From Paecilomyces variotii (Eukaryota), in assembly GCA_004022145.1 (NCBI GenBank), contig RCNU01000001.1: a stretch of 64,000 nt of DNA; one strand, 5' to 3'. The translations under genes and the position numbers were made by a program. The notes under the pieces were generated by a model that did no database searches, was not told where the DNA came from, and worked only from the letters and a program-made list of their open reading frames with translations. Each line of letters begins with the position of its first letter. The first letter of the stretch is position 1. Below are positions 41,247 through 51,289 of this stretch, piece after piece.

Positions 41247-41475
41247 GCGATCTCCTTTTTTCATCAATGGAGAGTGTTTCCCCCACACCGATCGAGACTG
41301 GCTGTTGTGACACACCGCGGACAGGAAGTGTTTAATGTCGCGGTCATGGGGTTCTGCAATGCACCTGCATAGGTATGTACAACGACTCATGGACCACTAC
41401 CTCAAGAAGCTGCGCAAGTTTGTGCGCATCTATATCGACGACCTGGTCGTCGCATCGAGGACACTAAGAGAACAC
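41247..41475 (+). mobile_element. Degenerate Ty3/Gypsy reverse-transcriptase fragment
   Basis: Reads AISFFHQWRVFPPHRSRLAVVTHRGQEVFNVAVMGFCNAPA, then a 4-nt insertion TAGG (41370-41373), then YVQRLMDHYLKKLRKFVRIYIDDLVVASRTLREH. The catalytic YIDD is at 41431-41442. Confidence 0.85.
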
Positions 41476-42145
41476 ACCTTCTCTGTCTGCGGGCCAAAGA
41501 CTGGAAATTCTGGTATTGTCCCTTCTCAATTAGCAAATTTATCTCTGTCTGTAACAAAAATCATCAACAGACACAAAAGGAAACGAGAGTACAAAGACTC
41601 TAGACTCTCCAGCCAAAATCAAAGAGCTCAGAGCGGGGGCAGAAGATCCAAGTTCGTTCTTTGTCATGGACGACTGGATTTCTATAATAGAATCGCCAAT
41701 GTCCTCATATTATATTGTCCTTCCGCCTTGGTATTTTCTAACGCCTTCTCACTCTCTTCTATCAGCCTTGACCGATTCTTTTAGAGCTCTAACGCTCAGT
41801 TATGTTCTTATCCTTACTATTGGTATGTATATCTGGGAACTATGTCTCTAAAGACTCCCAGACATTCTTATGGAGATTAAGTATTGTGGATATGGCTTAT
41901 TTTACAGCCCTGAATATGTCAATACTCGAGACACGGTGATAATATATTTTATACTAAACCGACTTCTCCCCGTGCTATACGACGTAAACCGTCGGACAAA
42001 GATCACCCAAAGAGGAAACATCGGTCGGTCGTCCACGTTCGGTCGACCAAACCGCGGTATACAAAGTCATGTGCAAGCTAGTGGTCATCAAAGTCATCAA
42101 AGCACGAGAGAGGATATAGCAAACTAGTACTATCGACAAGAAGAT

Positions 42146-43702
42146 ATGTTCGAACATATACGTCCCTCAGAAGAAGAAATGGAAATAAATACACGAAGTG
42201 CGCAGCATGTACCTGGTTCTATTGAGCCTGTTGACGTACAGAATCTCCTTGCGGCTATTGCAACAATTGAAGGCCGTGATAAGTTGCAGATCCCAGCCGA
42301 ACGTACGATCAAAGCAAACCCAGAACTGTCTAATCCGCTATGTTCGCCAACCAGTTATCCCTGGAGAGTTGCGCGTGTATTAGATTCTTTATCTTCCCTT
42401 CTTGTCTCCAAACCTTCTCGAGAAGTTATTGCAACTGCGCTTCGAGTGGACGAAAATGCAAAAACGATCGAATTTTTTCTTGCTGCTAATGATGACGTCT
42501 CGTCCAAGACTTCCTCTCACTTGGAATGGATCTGGGGGACAATGAGACAAATATCATCGCGCTATCGTGAAGCTTACTCCAATCCCACACAGAACAGCCC
42601 GACCCATAATATCAAAGATGAAAACCTCGTCAGACAATTCAATAGCTTCAGTCGCCGGTGTGTTGAATTCACGGCAAGCAAGATTAGAAAGCGTGTAAAC
42701 GGCGGTTTCGGTCATTTTCAGAAGATAAACAGAAGCGACTTTGGTGAGAATCATCCTTTTCGGCATATCATCCATACCATTGTTGCGCTTGAAACCATTA
42801 CCAGGGAAGGCGCTCCACACTGGGAACAAAAGCCCGTGGACGACGCAACATGGGAAATGTTACTACATCTCTTGCGTATGTGCCAACGAAGTATCAACGA
42901 TTTTCTCAAAAATGGTGCATTTACGCCAGATGAACTTCTCCGTGTGAACCATTTCCCTAAATGGGAAAGTTATCTGAGGAAAATTGCAGGAGTCATGAAT
43001 AATGTCGACATTCTGATAAAGGCCGCGATTTCCCCGCGCTGTGAGCGTCTCTTTGGGTTGAAATTCAAGCTTTATGCTCTACCTGCTATTTCATCTCGAT
43101 CCATATATATTCCTCAAACTCCTAAAGATTGGGAAACCGTGCTTGAAAAAGCACTGTCAGCGAGAAATCGAAATGATGCAGGTGGGCTAGAAAGCCAACC
43201 AAAAGTGATGAACATGTCTGTTATCAATAATGACACAGCGTACATGGCTCAGCAAGCCTTGAGTCGAGACCTGGTTGTGCACTGTGAGACTAAAATACTT
43301 CTCCATATTGCGCAATCGGAGAGAGAAAATCCTCGGCTTACCAAAGCATATTCATACGTTGGAGTTTCGAAACTTTCTTGCCAAGGGTGCCACTGTTTCT
43401 TTTTGGCATATAACCGTATTCATGATACGCGCTATTACACCAGGGGAACGCATGGAAAGTCATACTGGCCATGGCAGTTTCCGCAAAACTTCTCTAGGTC
43501 CCAAGAGACAGCAGTCTGCATGTACCATATCGTCGCTAGGCGATGGGTGGATTCATACGATGGTTATGTTACTGAAAAAGTCCATTTTGGGCCTGACTCG
43601 ACTGCAGCATCCCAGACGTCCCAGACTGTAACTTGGGAAAAAGACAAGCGTATCCATGACAAGGTTGAAGAATTGATTCGAAAAGTGAACAATCTCGAGT
43701 AA
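42146..43702 (+). CDS. OTT_1508-like nucleotide/nucleic-acid deaminase superfamily protein (518 aa, intronless)
   Basis: The Zn-deaminase motifs are VHCETKILL (HxE, 43280-43288) and YVGVSKLSCQGC (CxxC, 43379-43390), followed by TRGTHGKSYWPWQFP. The N-terminal VLDSLSSLLV...EVIATAL...FFLAAND block is typical of fungal members. Confidence 0.8.
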   Translation: MFEHIRPSEEEMEINTRSAQHVPGSIEPVDVQNLLAAIATIEGRDKLQIPAERTIKANPELSNPLCSPTSYPWRVARVLDSLSSLLVSKPSREVIATALRVDENAKTIEFFLAANDDVSSKTSSHLEWIWGTMRQISSRYREAYSNPTQNSPTHNIKDENLVRQFNSFSRRCVEFTASKIRKRVNGGFGHFQKINRSDFGENHPFRHIIHTIVALETITREGAPHWEQKPVDDATWEMLLHLLRMCQRSINDFLKNGAFTPDELLRVNHFPKWESYLRKIAGVMNNVDILIKAAISPRCERLFGLKFKLYALPAISSRSIYIPQTPKDWETVLEKALSARNRNDAGGLESQPKVMNMSVINNDTAYMAQQALSRDLVVHCETKILLHIAQSERENPRLTKAYSYVGVSKLSCQGCHCFFLAYNRIHDTRYYTRGTHGKSYWPWQFPQNFSRSQETAVCMYHIVARRWVDSYDGYVTEKVHFGPDSTAASQTSQTVTWEKDKRIHDKVEELIRKVNNLE

Positions 43703-44279
43703 AGTATGCAGTTTACAGGAGCACAAGGGATCGGCGGTGAAGTTGTGATGTGGCCAGGGTCGAGGATCCATTTGTTTGAGACGATGAGAAATCTGCACTG
43801 GGAAGATTATATTCTGACTCATACCACGAAGAATCTGTTTGGGTATTTCGGGAATGGCTTTACGGGGTGGTGTACTATGGAAACTGGGGGAAGTTCGTGA
43901 GACGGGAGACTGTACTTTGAATAGCAGGAGTCGAGAGTTCTAAATTAATGGGAAAAAAGCATTCTCCACACTACGAAAGCAATCAGTAAATCAGCAATTC
44001 TGGGATAGGATCCCTCAGAAGCAATCGTTTCAGTTGGTAAGTCAGTTCTACAGCAAGCGAGTACGACCCGGATATGGTGTATCCTAGATCCAGGTTATTC
44101 TCCAGCTCCGCACCGAATGCCAGCCTCCCGTTACCCTCCATCTCAGCAGGCTCTAGGCAGAGTCATACGATGTAACCACTGTTGTGATGTTGACCAGAAT
44201 TAATTCTACAGCGCTCATTATGTCATAACTTAGCAATACCATCTACCTGTTCACACGCACGTACAGTATACTGCATTAA

Positions 44280-45036
44280 TCAAACCACTGGCTTCCGTCC
44301 CCACACTACTGAAACAGGACTATACGAATGTATACGCCTATCCTTCACACAAGCCTTGAAATCATCCAAGAACATCCTGACCTCTTCAATCTCCCACTTC
44401 ATGACACGAGTCAGGAACGCGAGCGCCCATCCCTCGGACCCCTGGAGACATTCAATTTGATAGAACAGACCCTGCTCTTTCAGAGTTGGATCCTTCGGCC
44501 ACGGTCCAATAACCTTCTTGAACCGCGCCTCTTGCACGTCTTCGAAGCCAGATTCCATCATTACTTGGCGTTGCGTTTCGAGAATCTCAGTCGTCTTGCC
44601 CGTAACTCGGCCCGCTTCACGGAAGACCGTACCCCAGCGACGGAGCGGATGATTCGGATCATTGGGAATCGAGCCATCGTCGCAGTCAACCCAGACGCTG
44701 ACGTTGGAGATTTCGAGATATCCACCTGGTTTAAGACAGTCGAGACATTGACGCATGAATTGATGCCAGTCGGGAATGCATCCGAAGAGGTCTCGGACGT
44801 GGATGTAGTCGAAAGTGTTAGGGCCGAATCTCCACGGATACTCGACTGCGTCGTCGACTTCGAAATATAGATTGGGAGGGACCCAGCGTGGTTGGATGGG
44901 GGAGAGGTCTGTGCCGATGACCACGGCTTCGGGGTGTTGGTCTGCGAAATCTATTGCCCAGATACCGGTTCCGGTGCCAACGTCGAGGACTTTCTGTTGT
45001 GGGTTGGAAATGTAAATACCTGATTTAACCCATTGC

Positions 45037-45089
<53 letters not shown>

Positions 45090-45733
45090 CTCATGATAGA
45101 GATATAGAAAAGAGAAGCAGAGAAACCTACCTGAGGTTTATTCAACGGAGCAAGATATAATCTTTGATTCATCATGAGTAGATTAACATGATGCGCCAAA
45201 TCGTTAGTTTCCTGCGCTTCCTCATCGTTCGGACCCCAGTAGGCGCCATCCTTGTACGCGTGATACCGTCGTCCATGTTCCACTCGGTAACGATATATCG
45301 ATGACTTGATGGACGTTGTGTCGGTCTCTCTGTGTGTTGATTTCAGTCAGCACTAGTTCTCATGTCTGGCAATTAAAATAAAATACGGACACATGAACGC
45401 ATTAGCATCGATTCGGGAGTCGAGTGAAAAAGTAAGCAACTATATATGTATGTATGTATGCATGTATGCATGTAAGTGTGCATGCGCGCGCATTAGAATC
45501 AAGCCATGGGGAGTCAATAGTCCCTGTTCGGTTACACAAGGGCCAGGCGATTGGCTTACGGATCCCGGTCGAACCGGACACGGGTTAATATATTCTAGCT
45601 ACACTAGTCAAATAGATTGCACTTACTGATCGCCCGTTAGGGAATAGGAATCATAGCCAGGATCGTCGTCAACAGCGATATTAGGCCCGTGAGTATCATT
45701 ATCAAAGTGTGGTGGTGCTGGCACCTCAGCCAT
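44280..45733 (-). CDS. Class I SAM-dependent methyltransferase, LaeA-like/TAM family
   Basis: Three exons. YRVEHGRRYHAYKDGAYWGPNDE, VLDVGTGTGIWAIDFADQHP, GTDLSPIQP.WVPPN, FEVDD, FDYIHVR, LKPGGYLE and VWGRKP. Confidence 0.9.
45043..45086. repeat. Poly(A) tract, 44 nt, inside methyltransferase intron 2
   Basis: Homopolymer run; it is poly(U) in the pre-mRNA. Confidence 0.9.
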
Positions 45734-46980
45734 GGGTTTGAAGCTATGCAGAACGAAGAAAGCTTGATTTCAACCCAGACAAGCACGGCACCAATTAATT
45801 CGTCCCAGTGTAACGATATATATCAAGTGCTCCGGGTGAGAAATAAGTTTGTTTCAAAGGACGTCAACAGAACAGGACCGAGATCTGATCCCTCCAGAAA
45901 GTGTCGAAGATCTGACTCGGTACTGAATAAGAGGGAAGAGGGGCTCAAGTTAAGATTATCTTGATCCTCGAGCCTCGTTCCCTCAAGGCCATCGGAGCCC
46001 CGTAACTTTAATCGATGGCGCGTTCCACAGCTCATCGTGATTCCACGAAGCGCCACCGGACGCCAGCCCGCAGACCGTTTAGATGCTAAGCGTTCATGGT
46101 GCCTGCTAGACGACGCCCAGCCGCCGTGCTGTTTCAATTAGTTAAGATGCCATTGGCGTGGCTGTTGAATTCCATTATTATAGAGAGAAGAACGATGTGG
46201 GATAACCTTTGAAAGGTGGAGTTGTGGATTGATCGGGATCAGCCGAACACGAAGCCGATGTCGTCAATTGAATCTGCGCGGTATCACTGTTTATCGCTTC
46301 CGAAATCGAGCGCAAGAGGAAATGACGGGGAAAAAGAAATAGAGGATATAAAAAGACCGAATAATGAGAGTCTGCTGGATTATGTTGTCACACAGGAGTA
46401 AAAAATACTTACCCCGCACAACAGAAGAAAAGAACATGTCAAAATCAAATAAAGCTGTACTTAAGTACATACTTGACTAGCGGGAAACAAAAATAGATCA
46501 CGACCCAAAGCCACGGTGTCGGATATGCCATCTGCACGTGTGGTCTGGAATGCGGGCCTGCAGGAACCCAAATTATGACGCTGCATCTTGAGACGTTGCC
46601 ATATTCCATGTGTGCATTCTGTTTGACGGACTCGTGATGTCGTGATATTCTTGTTTGCAGTTCTTGGGGTTGACGGTATATCCCGATTCGAAGATTCCGA
46701 ACTGGCTTTCAGCAGCCCAGTGGTTATTTGCTTCCTCTAATAGATCCGCCTACAGTGGGAGAATGCATTTTTTCACGCGATGTATGTATATTGCATGGCT
46801 ATTTCTGCATATGCGGCCCAGATCTTCCACTGGCACCGGGTGGAAATATGTCCTATGTACTTGGAAGAAAGAAAAAAATGAAAACCCGACCATGCAGTCA
46901 AAGATAGGAAAAAATTCGCTTCCAACCACAAACTTCTTCGGCACTGCCAGAGCCCGACCGTCTAGCAAGAAATCAGGCGT

Positions 46981-48356
46981 TTAAGCCTGGGCGGCGAAAC
47001 CTAGCTTAGGGCCGTCGGCGCTGAAGACGACGTACTGGCTCTTCAGGAAGATGTCACCGAAGATGGACATACCAATGTCGGAGTTGTCCTGGATACCACC
47101 GAAGCAGGTCGAGCTGCCGTCAGTGACAGGAGCGTAGTTGATGAGGTCGCCAGAGACGACGGCGTTGTAGCCGCCGATGCTGACAGTGAAAGATGGCAGG
47201 CTGGTGCTGCAAGGGAACACATAGCCTCCGTACTGCTCGCTGTTCTGGGCACTGTCGACCTGCTGGTAGTAGGCATCGACAATGTCGGTAGGAAGCATGA
47301 GGAGAGTGGTGCCGGTGTCTGATGCAAAATTAGAATGTTGGCAACTTTTTTAAGTGTGCGTATTTAGTAACAACTTACCAGCAATGCCGGAAATCTGGTC
47401 AGAGGTGGTTTGACCGTTACCGACGGCGTATCCATCAGCAGTAAAGCCCCAGAAACCCTGGGAGCTGTCGACGTCGGTGTAGGTGATCTTGCCGGTGTAC
47501 TTGGAATTGTCGAGGTAGCCGAAGTCGTAGCTGCCGGGGGCGTTGTGCTTCAGAGTCACGGCGAAAAGAGGGGCGTCCAATTCGGATTTGACAGTGTCAA
47601 AGAATGTCTTCTGAGACCTCGGCTTGACTGCACCACCATTAGTCAGTACGGCTGGCGACACAATGCTGCTTGAAACACCAAGACCTACCAGTGTTGATGG
47701 AGCTGAAGGCCAAGCCCAGGAGGCCATCGCTGTTCTTGTCCTCGGTGAACTCGGAGCTGACCCGCGAGGCGGCCTCGACGGCCTGGGAGTTGGCAGTCAC
47801 ACCGCCAACAGTGACGGTGTCCTTGTAGACATCACCGCTGGCAGAGCTGCCGTCTCCGTAGCTGATGCTCCAGGAGTAGCCGCTCATCTTAGTAGCATTT
47901 GAAGAGGGCTTGTAGACGGAGTGACCGGAGCTCTCAGAAGAGCTCAATTCGTCCGAGAAAACCCACCTGAAGGCACTTGTCAGCAAACATTCATTCTCTT
48001 AGAATAGCACACTTGAGCACATACAGATCGGCGGAACCGGTGTCAATATCCAGATGCAGAGTGGAGGCTCCCGCGGTGACAGGAGTCAGATAGGCCTGGT
48101 CGTTATCCTCAGGCGTAGTGACAGCGCTGCCCTTGACAGCAGCCTCCCTGACGTGGTGGGGAACAGTACCACCGTACTTCTGGATAGCATTGGCGTAGAT
48201 GCCTGGCAGGTTGATGGTCTTGGGAGTAATAGGCTTCGCGATCTGGTTGATAGTGAAACCAAGACGAGGATTAGCACCAACAGGCTTGGTGGGAGCAGCG
48301 GACGCGACCGCCGCGAGAGCTGCAGCTGCAGCGGTGACCTTGTTGAGAAGAACCAT
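46981..48356 (-). CDS. pepA: Secreted aspartic protease, aspergillopepsin I/penicillopepsin type
   Basis: Signal and propeptide [22 protein letters not shown]; catalytic [12 protein letters not shown] and [30 protein letters not shown] and [14 protein letters not shown]; three introns. Confidence 0.93.
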
Positions 48357-48491
48357 TTTTGTAGTATTATTAAAAGGTGAATAGACTCCCTGTATGTTCT
48401 TGGGGCGATGAACGAGAGATACTCAAGAACTTGGGAGATCTGAGCTTGAGACCTTGGAGACCAGACATCTTCGAGCTGACGACGCTGGGCC

Positions 48492-48497
48492 TTTATA
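48492..48497 (-). promoter_or_regulatory. Putative TATA box of pepA
   Basis: TATAAA on the minus strand ~140 nt upstream of the ATG. Confidence 0.55.
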
Positions 48498-48523
48498 GTC
48501 TTTGGTCTATCACGAAGGCCCAA

Positions 48524-50612
48524 GCCAAGTAACGGCAGAAGATCGCTTTGGGATCATCGCATATGCTAGGCAGAGCGGCAGAAACATCTGCTCGACGAAC
48601 AGTAGCACGAAATCTGCTCGCCCCTCCTTCTCACCCCAGATCAAACGTCCCACAGTTGGAACTGGGAGGGACAGACGTTACAATGCATCTCGGGATCGTG
48701 TGAAGGGCGGTATCTGGCCAGCCTGGTGGCATCGATAACAGACGTATCGTGCAACCCCCCCTGACCCTGAGTTAAGAACACAGCCTGAGCGGGGCATCTG
48801 CAGGCACAGCCAGAGAGATCTTCTCGGATAGGCCGCGGTCGTTTTTTCCGACGGAGTAATTGGAGAGAAGCCAAAACTGAACTGTTTTGAAACTGCACAA
48901 GCGGAACGAATCAGGTGGGATAGGTAAGCGCCAAGATCGCTGATGTATAGACAGTGACAGCTATTCATGGTGTAGCGCAAAGGCTGACTTCTGGGGCTTT
49001 GCCAACAAGCTCGACCGCTTGGGTTTGATTCGACGATGGCGCGACGATCATTATCGTGTGGGGGAAGATCGCCTGCTCACTCATAGGTCCCTAAGGTACC
49101 CTGAACGGTGAACTGGCATACGCGCCAGCCAGAAGATGCTGGCGATAATGAGGTAACAATCCAGACGACGGGGCGAACCGGCGACCCCGGTTATATCCTT
49201 ATGCATCGAGACTCTGTATCCTCATCTCCTCAAAACCATTGCGTTCCGCGCGTCGTGGCCACTGTCGCCCTGTGCCTTGCCACTGGCCAGCTCGAAAACT
49301 CAGGGGTATGGACGAACAACGTGCACAGCCAGTAGTTGATGAGTCCCGCGCTGCTCGGATGAGGTGGCCCCAGAGAAAGACAGAAATCCATCGGAGAGAA
49401 ACACACGTTCTCGGAGTCCGAGTGCGGGCCGATCGAAGCCCCAAGCCGCATAGTATCTCGTAGTTTTTCTATCGCGCACATAAGATTCCGCTTGGATCAG
49501 GAACGGTAGATGCAGATCGAGCACACGCGCAAATGATACGTGCCCATTGAGAGCACAGTGTGGGTTCGAAAATATAATCAATACGGAAAAGCCTAGGACA
49601 ACCCGCGGCTCCGGCGATCAGCAGCCGGGCAGCTGCAGAGAAGACGGAGAAAGAAGTTCGATCTCGAAAGAAAGAAAGTAACTTCCATTGGGGATATTCA
49701 CCTGTCAGTCTATCGATCATGATTGGGCCAGGCCGTCAAATGAAAGGGTTCACCATCACTGGCCAAACTCGATGGTGAGACCCGATGCTGGCTGTCTGTC
49801 ACCATCTTTCGATAAAGATACACAAGGTTTTAGATATCACCTCCTGGATCGGGCATGTCGCTCCACGATGCTCAGCAGCAGTGCCTTTCCGTGGTTGCAA
49901 TGCAGAGCCGGTGATAATATTATTGATGCTCCGCTCGTCTTTTTTTGTCCCTGACCAAATCCAGGGCAGACACGGCAGATCGCCGGACTAAGCCACCAAG
50001 ATCACAGCTTGTTTTGGCCTCTGTCCGAAACAGTCTGATTAGGCGTTTTTGATGACCGCTTAGGGTAGCATGATTCTCATCCATCCTGCCCCTTTGAGAA
50101 GAGCATGGCCTCTTTTGTTCTGGACAGAGTTTCAGCCTTGCCTGGTCCGACGGTCTCCCGCGATCTCAAGGAAGATATTCTAGAAACTCGCCAGGGAATA
50201 ACAAGTCTCCGCCGTAGCATCTGCGGACATTAACATTAGAAAATGATCCTTCGGAGGAGATTCTCTCAACTGAATGGACCGCCACACTCTAGCCCCTCTC
50301 CCCCGCTGCTTGGCAGTAGTCGTCTTTCAGTTCTTACATGTTGCCATACCGTAGACGCGCCTGATAGATCTCCGTATACTGCCAAGAAAAAAATGGCCCG
50401 CGGGATTCTTTTTTTAGGTTATTCATGCTGTTCACTGTAGCCCGATGAGACGGACTGGATCAGCCTTCGGGGCCAAAACTGAGCCTCCATCGGAAAACAA
50501 CAGACGCAAGACCCGGTAAGTACTACGGAGTAGTAACTACAACCGGGCGATGATTGAAGATCGACCTTGTATCGGTCTCACCGCTCGAATTGGATCAACC
50601 AACCCTGCCAAG
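48524..50612. promoter_or_regulatory. Cluster of PacC-type GCCARG and CCGACGG motifs upstream of pepA
   Basis: GCCARG at 48524, 48930, 49727, 50190, 50381 and 50607; CCGACGG at 48848 and 50147. Confidence 0.4.
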
Positions 50613-51289
50613 ATAGCGCATAAGAAGTATGACTAGGATACGATGTTACCCTCCTATATTGCGTTATTTCGGGAATATCACTGCTTCGCCGGATTGAATG
50701 ACGTTGCCATTCATAACGCGAGTATCTGTAGCTTCCCGAAAGTAACCAGGAATCCTGCAAGGCTGCTCTTACGGTGTGGTTGTTACTCCGCAAATTCCAG
50801 ATGAGCAACATCATCACCTCATGCGCGTGGATCTATAGCAACATTGCTATAGCCTAGGCAACTTGTCGATAACCAAAAATATTCAATGGGAGCAAATCTC
50901 ATATCCAATATTTCAACGAACTATCACTACAACTGTGCATGGCAAACCAGATTACCAAGTATCAGAAGGCTTGAAAAGCAGAAAAAGGCCGTGCGTCGCT
51001 GTGCAACCACTAACATCCAAGACAGATCACATAACGGGAGAAAAGGGCTGAGCCACTATACCAAACCCCGAGGTATCAGTAACGAGAAACACAACTTGGG
51101 TAAACGCGTGCAATGAAGTTGCAGACACAAAAGGCGGCCAACTAGAGGTACAAACCGTGACACCTGAGCTTGTCGACGGGAGAAAGCAGATATAGTGACG
51201 AGGATGATGCAGGAAGACGCCCTGGCAAGAGCGGACGTCGCGATTGCTATGAGATGCACGAGAACTCGCAGTCCCGAGACAGTGTGACA

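Noticed and set aside
41335..41784. 149-aa ORF as a functional RT gene
   Set aside because: Only ~34 codons are RT-derived, the upstream RT part is in another frame, and the rest is unrelated.
43706..43900. 64-aa ORF starting 3 nt after the deaminase stop, as a possible antidote/immunity gene
   Set aside because: It is short, has no recognisable motif and no room for a promoter. It is compatible with a chance ORF in the 3' UTR.
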